Source of the DNA: Candidatus Latescibacterota bacterium
GTDB lineage: Bacteria > Latescibacterota > UBA2968 > GCA-2709665
Length of the DNA stretch: 64,000 nt
Direction: 5' to 3'
Assembly: GCA_963667175.2 (NCBI GenBank)
Contig: CAXXXF010000002.1
Location: 128,001-192,000 of the forward strand
The first letter of the stretch is position 1, and the number at the start of each line of letters is the position of its first letter. The translations under genes were made by a program, and so were the position numbers. Below are positions 37,083-47,304 of this stretch, piece by piece. A model generated the notes under the pieces. The model was not told where the DNA came from. It was given only the letters and a program-made list of their open reading frames with translations, and searched no databases.

Positions 37083-38416
37083 TGCCGAACTTCGATTTCC
37101 GGGCGTTTCTCGTGGGAATGGTCGCGGCCCTCGCCGGGGCCGCGGGGAGTGCCGCCGAAGCCCAGGTTCCCCCCGAAATATTGGCCCTCAGTCCCAACAT
37201 CCGGGGAACGGACGCCGATGCGGCCGCGAGGTGGCGGGTTGTCGACCTGCGCGACGGGGAAGGCACATCGCTTGACGGGACCAATTCATATGGCATCCAC
37301 GCCGCCGACTTCGACGGAGATGGCGACCTGGATCTCGTGGTGGCCTTTCAGTCAGGCGGGGAAACGGTCCCGGGCGAGGATCGTGAAACCGGCATGGTCT
37401 ACTGGCTGGAGAACGTGGTTCCCCGGCCGGATTCTGGATTGGCGTTTCGTATCCATCTGCTGGACGACCGGCAGGTTACGCCAAAGGACGCCGTTGTTGT
37501 CCGTCGCACGGCGGCCGGAAAAGCCGCCGTCGTAATCCCCTGCTATCTGTCTGGAGAGACGGTCATCTACGAGACTGCGGACGGAGGAGACTGGAGAAAG
37601 ACTCCCCTCCGGTCGAAGGTGCTCGAACTACCGGTACGGGCCGTGGTTGCGGACGTCGACGGCGACAAGCTCGACGATATCGTGGTCACCTCGATATCGG
37701 ATTCAGGGAACAAAGTGGGCTGGTATCGTCAAGACCCACAGCGATCGACGCCGTGGGAGGAAGTGGCGATTCCCGTGGATCTGCCTCCCATGATCGGCGT
37801 GGACGCGGGAGACGTCGACCGGGACGGAGATATGGATCTCGTGTGCGCCTCGGAGCATGCGTCCAGGCCGTTTCTGCTGATCAATTCCGATGGAAAAGGG
37901 ACGGAATGGAAGCGCGATTTCATCAGGGTGGCATCCGCCGATTCGGTGCGCCGATGGGTCGGCCGCTTTTCCGACAAGCCCGTTTCCCAGGTCCACGCGC
38001 GATTCGCGGACCTGGACGCGGACGGCGACCTGGACTGTGTGGAGACCAGTCTTCGAAACGGGTACCTGGCCTGGCGGGAACGCGTGGGTCCCGGGAGCGA
38101 ATGGAGATTCCATGAGATCGCGGGCGGTCTGGGTCACGCCTATTCCTTCGACGTCGGGGACGTGGACCGGGACGGGCGCCCGGATATCGTGGCGCCATCC
38201 GATGGCGGGGATGGCGTCTACGTATTCAGGAACGTGCGCGGAGACGGCACGTTGTGGGAAGCCACCCGACTTGGCGACGGCGCGGGGCTCAACTGGCCGA
38301 ACATTGTCCGCCTGGCGGACCTGAACGGTGACGGTTACGACGATATCATGTCCACCGACTGGGGGAACAGGGCCGTCGTCTGGATCAATCCGTTCGCGCC
38401 GTCGACCGGAGAGTGA
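37082..38416 (+). CDS. Secreted FG-GAP/VCBS-repeat beta-propeller protein
   Basis: Signal peptide and repeated ADFDGDGDLDLV / GDVDRDGDMDLV / ADLNGDGYDDI. Start overlaps the upstream stop. Confidence 0.85.
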   Translation: MPNFDFRAFLVGMVAALAGAAGSAAEAQVPPEILALSPNIRGTDADAAARWRVVDLRDGEGTSLDGTNSYGIHAADFDGDGDLDLVVAFQSGGETVPGEDRETGMVYWLENVVPRPDSGLAFRIHLLDDRQVTPKDAVVVRRTAAGKAAVVIPCYLSGETVIYETADGGDWRKTPLRSKVLELPVRAVVADVDGDKLDDIVVTSISDSGNKVGWYRQDPQRSTPWEEVAIPVDLPPMIGVDAGDVDRDGDMDLVCASEHASRPFLLINSDGKGTEWKRDFIRVASADSVRRWVGRFSDKPVSQVHARFADLDADGDLDCVETSLRNGYLAWRERVGPGSEWRFHEIAGGLGHAYSFDVGDVDRDGRPDIVAPSDGGDGVYVFRNVRGDGTLWEATRLGDGAGLNWPNIVRLADLNGDGYDDIMSTDWGNRAVVWINPFAPSTGE

Positions 38417-40440
38417 CGGGAACCCGGCAACCTGCGAAAGACGTTAATGATCGGCGAATCGTGAACGACGGGACACAGCCGGAAGCGCGGGTGACACCGC
38501 GGTCCATCGTGATCGGTCTGTGTATTGCGACGGCCATGAGCCTGCTGGCATGTACGGCCCGGTACATCCAGAAGGGGTCGTACATGATGGTCGCCCAGGT
38601 TCCGATGGGCGTGCTGATCCTGTGCCTCCTGTCGATTCTGGCCTGCGCCGCGCTTGCCCGGCGGTTCGGGCGCGCCTTCGTGCTGTCGCCGTCGGAATGG
38701 ATCACGGTCTTCAGCATGGGGATGATCAGCGCAATCGGTCCCAATTACGGCGTCAGCGGGTACCTGGTGGGCATGATGGCGTCCCCGTACTATTTCGCGA
38801 CGCCTGAGAACCGGTGGGCGGAGTATCTCCATCCGCACCTGCCGGGGTGGTTGGTCCCGGCAAACGACAGCGGGGCAATGTCCTGGTTTTACGAGGGGCT
38901 GCCGGGCATGGCATCGGTTCCGTGGGACGTCTGGAGCCTTCCCCTGGTCTGGTGGCTCTCTATTGTCTTCGTGCTGGGCTTTGCATGTATCTGTGTCTCG
39001 GTCCTCCTGCACCGTCAATGGGCGGACCACGAAAAACTGGTGTACCCGGCGCTGGCTCCGGTTCTCGAAATGACCTCACGCGCCGGTTCCGGGAGGCGCT
39101 GGCTTCCCGATTTCATGAAGGGGAAGGTGTTCTGGGCGGGATTCGCCCTGACGTCTATCGTCTTCTGGTGGAACATGGTTGCCTGGTTCTACCCGCTGGC
39201 ACCCAGCTTTCCCACGGCAACCGGTCGCTTTATCTGGGACCTCCTTCCCAAAGAATATCCTCCGTTTTTCATCTTCCTGAGCACGCCCGTCATCTGCTTT
39301 TCCTATTTCGCAAGCCTGGATATACTTTTCAGCATCTGGTTCTTCGACTTCGTGTTCATGATCGAAGCGGGCGCGTTGAACCGGTTGGGGATCGTCGCCA
39401 CGTCGCCGCACTACGGCGCCGGGCCCTATACCGCCACGACCTACAAATGGCAGGCGGCCGGAGCGTTCGTGTCGCTGGTCTTCTGGTGGGTCTGGATCGC
39501 CCGGCGCCACCTGCGGGAAGTCATCCGGAGCGCGCTTCAGGCGACCGGGTCTTCGCCCCGCGCCGGGCGTGAACTGCTCTCCTACCGGGCCGCATTGATC
39601 GGCCTGCTGGTCAGCTGCGCGTACATCGCGGCGTTTCTCGGTCGATTGGGAGTGGAGGCCGGGATGATCGCCCTGCTGATTCCGACGATGTTCATCGCCT
39701 ATCTCTTCGTGGCCAGGGTCGTGGCCGATTCGGGGATCATCTATATCCAGCCGCCCGCGTCCGCCTGGGAACTGTCGGGCGCGCTCGTCGGCGGCGCAGG
39801 GAACCTGAATGCCTCCACGCGCGCGACCTTCGGCCTGTTGTCATTCACGGTCAGCCATCCCAGGAGCTTCATCATGCCGCTGGTCGCGCAGATCAATCGC
39901 CTGGGGGACTTTGTCGGAAGCGACAAACGACGGCTCTTCTGGGGCGTGTTCGCGGCCTTTGTCGCGGGGGTTGTCAGCTCGACTCTGTACACGATCTGGT
40001 TGGGATACAATATGGGGGCGTACAATTTTCGGCCCAACTGGCTGATCATCCACGAAGGAGAGTGGCAGTACGGGATGACCGTGAACGAGATATTGAACCC
40101 GGCGAGGATGCAGGCAATCGATTACTGGTTTCTCCTCATCGGCGCCGGGACGATGGTCATCGTAAATCTGATGCGCTACCGGTTCGCCAGGTGGCCGTTA
40201 CACCCGATAGGGTTCGCGTTGTCCGGCATCCCGGCGGCGCGCCGCATGGGGTCCACGCTCCTGGTGGCGTGGCTGGCGAAGCTGATCATGCTGAAGACAG
40301 GCGGGGTGGCCTTCTACCGGCGGTCGATGCCCTTCTTCCTGGGGATGCTGGTTGGATACATCCTCGCGGTGACGGCGGGAATGGTGGTCGACGCGATCTG
40401 GTTTCCCGAACGGGGGCACGTCGTTCACAAGTGGTATTGA
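38413..40440 (+). CDS. DUF6785/DUF6784-family multi-pass membrane protein, copy 2
   Basis: Paralogue of 29932..31935 (PYYFATPENRW, HRQWADHEKLVYP, WPLHPIGF). GTGA overlap with the upstream stop. Confidence 0.8.
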   Translation: MTGTRQPAKDVNDRRIVNDGTQPEARVTPRSIVIGLCIATAMSLLACTARYIQKGSYMMVAQVPMGVLILCLLSILACAALARRFGRAFVLSPSEWITVFSMGMISAIGPNYGVSGYLVGMMASPYYFATPENRWAEYLHPHLPGWLVPANDSGAMSWFYEGLPGMASVPWDVWSLPLVWWLSIVFVLGFACICVSVLLHRQWADHEKLVYPALAPVLEMTSRAGSGRRWLPDFMKGKVFWAGFALTSIVFWWNMVAWFYPLAPSFPTATGRFIWDLLPKEYPPFFIFLSTPVICFSYFASLDILFSIWFFDFVFMIEAGALNRLGIVATSPHYGAGPYTATTYKWQAAGAFVSLVFWWVWIARRHLREVIRSALQATGSSPRAGRELLSYRAALIGLLVSCAYIAAFLGRLGVEAGMIALLIPTMFIAYLFVARVVADSGIIYIQPPASAWELSGALVGGAGNLNASTRATFGLLSFTVSHPRSFIMPLVAQINRLGDFVGSDKRRLFWGVFAAFVAGVVSSTLYTIWLGYNMGAYNFRPNWLIIHEGEWQYGMTVNEILNPARMQAIDYWFLLIGAGTMVIVNLMRYRFARWPLHPIGFALSGIPAARRMGSTLLVAWLAKLIMLKTGGVAFYRRSMPFFLGMLVGYILAVTAGMVVDAIWFPERGHVVHKWY

Positions 40441-40737
40441 TTCCCGGCAGAGGCGATTTGACGTCGGCGTTCCGGCGAGTTTAAAGTAGGTGGACGCGAA
40501 CGGAGAAGAAGACCATTTGAGCGACCTGATTACGCCGTTTCGCACCGATACCCTCTGTGTTTTTTGTGCTTTTTGTGGCCAATTAAACGGTTGTCTTTTT
40601 TTGAATTGAGGTTAACTTGAAGAGCGTGCAAAAAGGCCGCTGAGGTACGGGGAAACCCGTGCGAATCTGACGTTTCGGAGAGGAGGCAAGGCGCGAACGT
40701 CACCTTCTTGACCAGGGGGTCCCGCGCGCCGGATTTT

Positions 40738-41889
40738 ATGGAAATTCGAGAGGTGCCGTTCGGGTCGATGGGCGGCGTTTACGAACAGGACGACGTCGAG
40801 GCGGTCCGCCGGATGCTGACGGACGTCGCGGACGAGGAGGGGACGTTCTTCCCCCTTCCGGAAGAGAACGACTTTCAGAATGCATTCGCCGCGCACGAGG
40901 GCGCCCGGAAGGCGATTGCGGTCAATTCCTGCGGTACGGGCCTGGACTGTTGCATGATGGCGCTGGACGTCGGCGCCGGCGACGAAGTGATTACGACCCC
41001 GCTCACCTTCGTCTGCACGGCCGGGACCGCGATTTCCAGGGGCGCCAGGGTCGTTCTCGCCGATATCGATCCGGTGAGCCTGAATCTGGATCCGGACAGG
41101 GTGAGAGAGAGACTTTCGCCGCGCACACGTGCGATCATTCCCGTGCACTTCGCCGGTCTCGCGTGCGACCTGGACGCATTCGACCGGATTTCGGAGGAGA
41201 CGGGCGTGCCGGTCATCTACGATGCGGCGCACGCGGTGGGCACCCGGTACCGGGGCAGCCCGGTCGGCGGCCGCGGGAAGGCCTCGTGTTACAGTTTCCA
41301 GAGCAACAAGAACATGACGTGCCTGGGCGAGGGGGGCGCGGTGACGACGGACGACGAGGAATTCGCGGAGCAGGTCCGGCAACTGAAGACGTTCGGATAC
41401 GTCTACGGGGGAGGCGGGACACGGGTGGTGAGGATCGGGTTCAACTACCGGATGACCAAACCCCAATACGCGGTCGGACTCACCCAGTTGGCCAAAATAG
41501 ACCGCGTGATTCAGGACCGGCGGGAACGGATGATCCGTCTCAACGCACTGCTGGCCGACGTGGCGGAGATCATTCTCCCGTCAGGACACGGCCCCGATCA
41601 CGGGAGCCATCTGCATGTCATCCGGCTGGACACCGATGCGGTGGACTTCACCACGGAAGCGTTCGTCGCTCACCTGAAGGATCGATACCGGGCGGCCACG
41701 GCGAAACACTACCCGCCGCTCTGGTCCTGGGACGCCCTTCAGGAACTGGGGTACGACGGTGAGGGATGTCCGATTGCCGCCAGGGTCTGCGAGCAGGTTG
41801 TGAGTACGCCGGTGTTTCCCGGGACGACCGACGAGGACCTGGTCTATATTGCTTGGGCCATCAAGCAGACGATTTCGGATCTGCGATAG
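40738..41889 (+). CDS. DegT/DnrJ/EryC1/StrS-family PLP-dependent sugar aminotransferase
   Basis: VNSCGTGL, GDEVITTPLTF, IIPVHFAG, DAAHA, SFQSNKNMT-LGEGG (PLP lysine) and GFNYRM. Confidence 0.93.
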   Translation: MEIREVPFGSMGGVYEQDDVEAVRRMLTDVADEEGTFFPLPEENDFQNAFAAHEGARKAIAVNSCGTGLDCCMMALDVGAGDEVITTPLTFVCTAGTAISRGARVVLADIDPVSLNLDPDRVRERLSPRTRAIIPVHFAGLACDLDAFDRISEETGVPVIYDAAHAVGTRYRGSPVGGRGKASCYSFQSNKNMTCLGEGGAVTTDDEEFAEQVRQLKTFGYVYGGGGTRVVRIGFNYRMTKPQYAVGLTQLAKIDRVIQDRRERMIRLNALLADVAEIILPSGHGPDHGSHLHVIRLDTDAVDFTTEAFVAHLKDRYRAATAKHYPPLWSWDALQELGYDGEGCPIAARVCEQVVSTPVFPGTTDEDLVYIAWAIKQTISDLR

Positions 41890-41906
41890 GATATGCAGGA
41901 GGCAAA

Positions 41907-42902
41907 ATGGACAATGTGAGATGGCTCCTGGTCGGCGCCGGGGATATCGCCCGGAAGCGGGTGGCCGCGGCGCTGGCGGGCGCAACGGGTTCTGAACTGG
42001 TGGCCGTTTGCGATATGGTCCAGAAAAACGCCCGGGCGCTCGCGTCCGAATACGGCCTGTCCGAGGTGTACGCCGACCTCGATGAGGCCCTGGAGACAAC
42101 GTCGGCGGATGCCGTCTACGTCGCCACGCCCGTATGGCTTCACGTACAACACGCGGTTCAGGCCCTGGAAGCGGACAAGCACGTTCTCGTGGAAAAGCCC
42201 CTGGGCGTCACGGGCGAGGAGTGTTCGCGAGCCATTGCCGCGGCCGATGCCAGCGACAGGTTGGCCGGATGTTCGTATTTTCGACGCCTCTTCCCGGCGT
42301 ATCTCCAGGCGCAGGAGATGATTCGGAACGGTGAATTCGGCCAGGTCGTCCTCGTGCGCATCGTCTACTTTTCATGGTTCAGCCCGGCGGCCGACGATCC
42401 GAAACGCTGGCGCGTCTTCCGGGAGAGGTCCGGAGGCGGACCGATCAGCGATATGGGCACGCACATGTTCGACGTGATGACCGGGCTCCTGGGGACGCCG
42501 GTGTCGGTGTACGCCCGGTGTGAAAACCTGGTGCAGGAGTGGGACGTGGAGGACTGCGCGAGCATCGTCATGAAAATGGGCAACGGGGCATTGGCCACGG
42601 CGTCTTTCAGCTGGAGTTCGAAAACCTGGCGGCACGAGTTCGAGATCGTGGGCACCGAGGCCAAGGTGTACTGGCATCCTTACGATTCCGGCGAGGTGGT
42701 CAAAACGGTGGGCCGGCAGGTCGATACGCTGGATCTTTCACCCGCCGAAAATGTACACGGGCCGGTCGTCCAGGATTTCGTAGACGCGGTACGCGATGGC
42801 CGCCAGCCGGTCTGCCCGCTTGGCGAAGCCGCGAAGACAAACGCGCTGCTGGACGCGATCTACCGCTCCTCGGCGGAGCGTCGCGAGGTCGAGTTGGATT
42901 GA
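41907..42902 (+). CDS. Gfo/Idh/MocA-family oxidoreductase
   Basis: VGAGDIA, AVYVATP..H, HVLVEKP and GGGPISDMGTH. AGGAGG RBS before ATG 41907. Confidence 0.92.
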   Translation: MDNVRWLLVGAGDIARKRVAAALAGATGSELVAVCDMVQKNARALASEYGLSEVYADLDEALETTSADAVYVATPVWLHVQHAVQALEADKHVLVEKPLGVTGEECSRAIAAADASDRLAGCSYFRRLFPAYLQAQEMIRNGEFGQVVLVRIVYFSWFSPAADDPKRWRVFRERSGGGPISDMGTHMFDVMTGLLGTPVSVYARCENLVQEWDVEDCASIVMKMGNGALATASFSWSSKTWRHEFEIVGTEAKVYWHPYDSGEVVKTVGRQVDTLDLSPAENVHGPVVQDFVDAVRDGRQPVCPLGEAAKTNALLDAIYRSSAERREVELD

Positions 42903-43027
42903 CGGCTTCATGTGGCGTTTGGACGTAGAGGGACGGCGGTGTTCGGCCGTCGTCTTGTCGCTTGACCGGAACCAGGAAGCCAAACTGGCCATGTTTGCCT
43001 GATGTCTTATGTTGAGAAGGAGAATCG

Positions 43028-44272
43028 ATGAATTTCGCGCCCAGGCCGGAAAACGATTTCGCGGATTATATCCGGACGTACTACGAGGCGTGCCGATACC
43101 GGTGCGACAAGATCGAGGCGATCGCTGGGAAGTGGATGTTCCGGGACCTGCTGCCGGGTATGAGCGATTTCGACACTCGTTTTATCGTGAACGACGGCAT
43201 GACGGTGGACGACTGGTGCCAGCTGTCCACGGCGATGGGCGAGACCCATCTGGGGCTCTGTGAGAAATATCCCTGCTGGGCGCGGAATTTCGAACACCTT
43301 CCCGGGGTGAATCTGACCTGGTCGGAGTTGACGTCGGAGCGCAATTACTATCCGGAATACCACCAGTGGACGTACTATCTCACCGAAGATCCGAAGAGCC
43401 TCGGCGCGGCTCTGGACACACTCGCGCGAAGACCCTGGGACGAAAAGGACGAATACTTTCACCTGAAGAAATTCTGCCTGTATTACGGGCGCTACAACCG
43501 TACGATCGATCCCGCGATCAACCTTGGCGTCCACGAAAACAAGTATCCCCTGCACAGCCGGATTATGCACTATTTCAATCCCCCGGTCCATTCGGCCGTA
43601 TGCGTACTCGAGAAGCAGAATATCTGCGGCAAGCTGGATGGGTACGAGATCGCGCAACGGCATTTCCCTGAATTGCGGTGCTGGGAGCAGATCCGGGAGA
43701 TCCTGCACGCGCATTACGAGATCCCGACGTGGTACGAAGAGCCGCGCCTGTCGCAACTGGAGGACGTGCTGGAGGAGGCGCTGGCCGTGATACTGGAGCG
43801 GCTGAGGGACTCGGTGACGCTGATTCCCGACGAGGCGGGCACGGACGTCGGCGCCTGGAGAGCGTCGCTTCAGGACGTGCCGGTGGACCCGGCGCTTGTC
43901 ATTTTCGACAACGCCAAATTCTCGCGCCTGATGAAGGGGCGCCTGCACTTTTACGGCAACGCGCCGGCCCACTTCGATACCACCTGGTTGATTCAGAACG
44001 AATTGGGGCGGATCGGCGACAATTTCTTCCGGATGCCGTTCCGTACCTTCTGGAAGATCAGGACCGGCGAGACGGTTGAGGATCCGGTGACGATTCTGGA
44101 CGAACTGAAGGGAGACCTGCTGTCTCCGTCGGAGGTGGAGGGCACGAAGGCGTTCGCCCGGTTGACTCCCGATGAGTGGGAAGAGGGCAAAGAACACGAG
44201 ATCGCCGCGGCCATCGTCGAAGTATTCGACGACTTCTTCAGGGCGTTGAACAAGATCAGCGACGCGGTATAG
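43028..44272 (+). CDS. Hypothetical protein with N-terminal Pol-beta-type nucleotidyltransferase-like motif
   Basis: AAGGAG RBS; AIAGKWMFRDLLPGMSDFDTRFIV resembles hG[G/S]x8-13DhD; helical C-terminal region. Confidence 0.6.
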   Translation: MNFAPRPENDFADYIRTYYEACRYRCDKIEAIAGKWMFRDLLPGMSDFDTRFIVNDGMTVDDWCQLSTAMGETHLGLCEKYPCWARNFEHLPGVNLTWSELTSERNYYPEYHQWTYYLTEDPKSLGAALDTLARRPWDEKDEYFHLKKFCLYYGRYNRTIDPAINLGVHENKYPLHSRIMHYFNPPVHSAVCVLEKQNICGKLDGYEIAQRHFPELRCWEQIREILHAHYEIPTWYEEPRLSQLEDVLEEALAVILERLRDSVTLIPDEAGTDVGAWRASLQDVPVDPALVIFDNAKFSRLMKGRLHFYGNAPAHFDTTWLIQNELGRIGDNFFRMPFRTFWKIRTGETVEDPVTILDELKGDLLSPSEVEGTKAFARLTPDEWEEGKEHEIAAAIVEVFDDFFRALNKISDAV

Positions 44273-44334
44273 TCGCAGCCGGCGAGGGATCGATCCCCGT
44301 CGGATTGCCATCAGGAACAGGAAAGGAGAATCAG

Positions 44335-45477
44335 ATGGAGGTCAAAGCGCTCAAGTTGCGGGACGTGGACTACGGAGACCAGTGGGACAACGAGATCGAA
44401 GACCACTGGGAATACAACGATTTCAGGGCGGATGCGGCCTGGCGCGAGGGATGGATCAGTATGGACAGCGTGTATCACAATGCGGATGACGACCGCGTCT
44501 ACCTGGGAATCACGTCCTTCGACGCCGACATCTTCCGCGCCTACGACAGGGCAAGCGGCGAGTTTGTGGATCTGGGTTACGGCAGAATCGCGGATCCGTT
44601 CGATGCCAAGTTCCACCGGTCGCTCGTCAGGTGGGAGAACGACGGGTGCCTCTACGGCGCAATCGCGCTCCTTCACGATATCGACAAGTATTGGGAAGCG
44701 CCTGGAGGCGCGATCGTAAAGTACGATCCGTCCAGCGGAGAACTCCAGAAAATCGGCATTCCCATGCCGCACATGTACATCCAGTCGATCTGTCTGGACC
44801 AGGAACGCGGCGTGATCTACGGAATGACGTTTACGCCGGAGCGGATGTTCCGGTTCAATCTCGCCGACGGCCGTTCCGACGACCTGGGGCCGATCAGCAG
44901 CGGGATGGAGATGGCGCAGGGCGAGAACCTGGAACTGGACGACGAAGGCTGCGTGTGGTGCGGCTGGAGCGTCACGCGGGCGTGGCAGAATTTCGCGGGG
45001 GTGGACCGCAATCGGCTGTGTAAATTCGACCCGGAGACCGACAGGATCGAGTATTTCGACGCGGGTCTGCCGAAGCCCGACGGGACGTACGGTTACGAGA
45101 GAGTGGAGGGCATCTTCAACCTGGACGAAGGCCGCATGTTCGCCAGCGGCGCGAATGGGTCGATTTACCGAGTCGATACGGAAACCGGGATGGGCACGTA
45201 TCTCGGCACCCCCGTATCCGACCGGCGCAGCCGGCTGACGACGCTGCAGCCGGGGCCCGACGGAGGCGCGTACGGCGTGACCGGACGGGACGGGAAGTGC
45301 GAGGTGATCCGTTTCGAACCTGGTTCGGAGTCGTGGGACCTGCTGGGTCCGGTGACGGACGGCGACGCCCACTGCTGGCAGGTGCACGACGTGGCCGTCA
45401 CCCCCGACGGGACGATCTACGCGGGCGAAAACGACAGCCCCTACCGCAGCGGGTACCTGTGGGAGATCAAGGTCTGA
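44335..45477 (+). CDS. Hypothetical cytoplasmic beta-propeller protein
   Basis: AAAGGAG RBS; recurrent blades (YDPSSGELQKIG, FNLADGRSDDLG, VDTETGMGTYLG, VTPDGTIYAGE). Confidence 0.7.
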   Translation: MEVKALKLRDVDYGDQWDNEIEDHWEYNDFRADAAWREGWISMDSVYHNADDDRVYLGITSFDADIFRAYDRASGEFVDLGYGRIADPFDAKFHRSLVRWENDGCLYGAIALLHDIDKYWEAPGGAIVKYDPSSGELQKIGIPMPHMYIQSICLDQERGVIYGMTFTPERMFRFNLADGRSDDLGPISSGMEMAQGENLELDDEGCVWCGWSVTRAWQNFAGVDRNRLCKFDPETDRIEYFDAGLPKPDGTYGYERVEGIFNLDEGRMFASGANGSIYRVDTETGMGTYLGTPVSDRRSRLTTLQPGPDGGAYGVTGRDGKCEVIRFEPGSESWDLLGPVTDGDAHCWQVHDVAVTPDGTIYAGENDSPYRSGYLWEIKV

Positions 45478-45530
45478 ATCGAACAGCGGTTCTCAGACGA
45501 TAGCACAAAGTGCGATGGCGTGGCGTCGGA

Positions 45531-45582
45531 TGTATGCGCCGTGACGTAAGCGCATGCCTGTCAGATGGTATCGACGCCTGCG
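45531..45582 (+). repeat. 52-bp direct repeat, copy 1 (MNT stop / HEPN start junction)
   Basis: TGTATGCGCCGTGACGTAAGCGCATGCCTGTCAGATGGTATCGACGCCTGCG matches 47853-47904 with 2 mismatches. Confidence 0.9.
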
Positions 45583-45678
45583 GCGCAGACAGGCATGTTT
45601 GAAGAAAAGGCATGCAGGCGCCGGCAGAGCAGCGAACGGTACCTCGTTCCGCGTATTCGTCCACTGAGGTGTGAACCC

Positions 45679-47274
45679 ATGCGTTTTTTCAATACGGCCG
45701 GTCCCATCCAGACGGATATGCATTACTATGTCCCGCCGTTGGAACGGCTTGACTTCGACGCGGTCATGCTGATGATCGAGCAACAGCGGTATTTCGTCAT
45801 GCACGCACCCCGTCAGACGGGCAAGACGTCCACACTACTGGCACTGATGGATGAACTGAACAGCAGTGGGCACTATCGTTGTCTGTACATCAACGTCGAG
45901 ATCGGCCAGTCCGCACGCGAGGACATTGGCGCCGCCCTGCAGGCGATACTGAGTCAATTGGCTTTGAGAGCAGAACGTATTCTGGGTGATCGGATCGTGA
46001 AGGAAGTCTGGCGCGAGGCCCTTGATAGTACTGGACCTCATGGCGCGTTGCAGGAGGTATTGAGTTGCTGGGCCGCGGCTGACGACAGACCACTGGTGCT
46101 GATGATCGACGAGATTGACGCGCTGATTGGCGACACGCTCCTGTCCGTGCTTCGACAACTCCGTGCAGGCTATCCTGATCGGCCTCGCCAATATCCGCAG
46201 ACGGTCATCCTGTGCGGGGTGCGCGACGTGCGCGATTACCGCATCCAATCCACCGCAGAAAACGCGATAATCGCTGGCGGCAGCGCGTTCAACGTCCGCA
46301 CCAGGTCTCTGCGTCTGGGTGATTTCACACCGGATGAAGTGCAATCACTGCTGGCGCAACACACCGAGGCGACGGGTCAGGTCTTTACCGAGGATGCGCA
46401 GAACAAGGTGTGGGAATTGACCCGGGGCCAGCCCTGGCTCGTCAACGCCCTGGCATACGAAGCTTGTTTTGACAACATGGCCGGGCGAGACCGCAGCCGA
46501 CCCGTCACTGCCAACGCGATAGGCGACGCGAGGGAGCAACTTATCCTGCGCCGGGAAACGCATCTCGACCAGCTTACGGACAAATTACAGGAGGAGCGCG
46601 TAAGGCGCGTCGTCGAACCCCTGTTGAGCGGCGCTGCATCGGATGAGGCGATTCCTCAAGACGATTTGGAATACGTGCGCGATCTGGGCCTTGTGAGGCG
46701 TCAACGGCCCGTTGCCATCGCCAACCCGATCTATCGGGAAGTCATTCCCCGCGACCTGACTTATACCACGCAGGAATACCTCGCTCAAGACACGGCCTGG
46801 TACGTCGACGCGGATGGCCGCTTGCGTCTCAACGATTTGCTCACCGCGTTTCAGGAATTTTTCCGCGAACATTCGGAACACTGGGTCGAGCGGTTTCAGT
46901 ATAAAGAAGCGGGTCCACAGCTGCTGCTGCAGGCGTTTCTTCAGCGCATCGTCAATACCGGTGGGCGGATCGAGCGGGAGTACGGCCTGGGTCGGATGCG
47001 TACCGATCTGTTGATCCTGTGGCCGGCGCCTGGCGATGCCCAACCGGATCAGGCGATTCAGAAACTGGTCATCGAATGCAAGTTGCTATACAGAAGTCTG
47101 GAAGAGACGGTGCGTGCGGGCCTCGACCAGACGCGCGCCTACATGGATCGCTGCGACGCGACGGAAGGGCATCTCATCGTCTTTGACCGCACTCCCGGCA
47201 GGTCGTGGGACCATAAGATCTACCGACGTGAGGCGGGCATAGGGAAAACGAAGATCACGGTGTGGGGGATGTGA
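45679..47274 (+). CDS. AAA-like P-loop ATPase with C-terminal PD-(D/E)XK-like domain
   Basis: MRFFNTAGP, Walker A APRQTGKTS, Walker B LMIDEID, GSAFNV, TRGQPWLVN, and C-terminal REYGLGRMRTDL...VIECK. Confidence 0.88.
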   Translation: MRFFNTAGPIQTDMHYYVPPLERLDFDAVMLMIEQQRYFVMHAPRQTGKTSTLLALMDELNSSGHYRCLYINVEIGQSAREDIGAALQAILSQLALRAERILGDRIVKEVWREALDSTGPHGALQEVLSCWAAADDRPLVLMIDEIDALIGDTLLSVLRQLRAGYPDRPRQYPQTVILCGVRDVRDYRIQSTAENAIIAGGSAFNVRTRSLRLGDFTPDEVQSLLAQHTEATGQVFTEDAQNKVWELTRGQPWLVNALAYEACFDNMAGRDRSRPVTANAIGDAREQLILRRETHLDQLTDKLQEERVRRVVEPLLSGAASDEAIPQDDLEYVRDLGLVRRQRPVAIANPIYREVIPRDLTYTTQEYLAQDTAWYVDADGRLRLNDLLTAFQEFFREHSEHWVERFQYKEAGPQLLLQAFLQRIVNTGGRIEREYGLGRMRTDLLILWPAPGDAQPDQAIQKLVIECKLLYRSLEETVRAGLDQTRAYMDRCDATEGHLIVFDRTPGRSWDHKIYRREAGIGKTKITVWGM

Positions 47275-47304
47275 AGGATGAAGATCCATGCCACTGACGT
47301 CGCC

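Noticed and set aside
45565-45678. Longer start for the AAA ATPase
   Set aside because: It runs through the direct repeat; the family-typical MRFFNTAGP start with a GAGGT RBS is at 45679.
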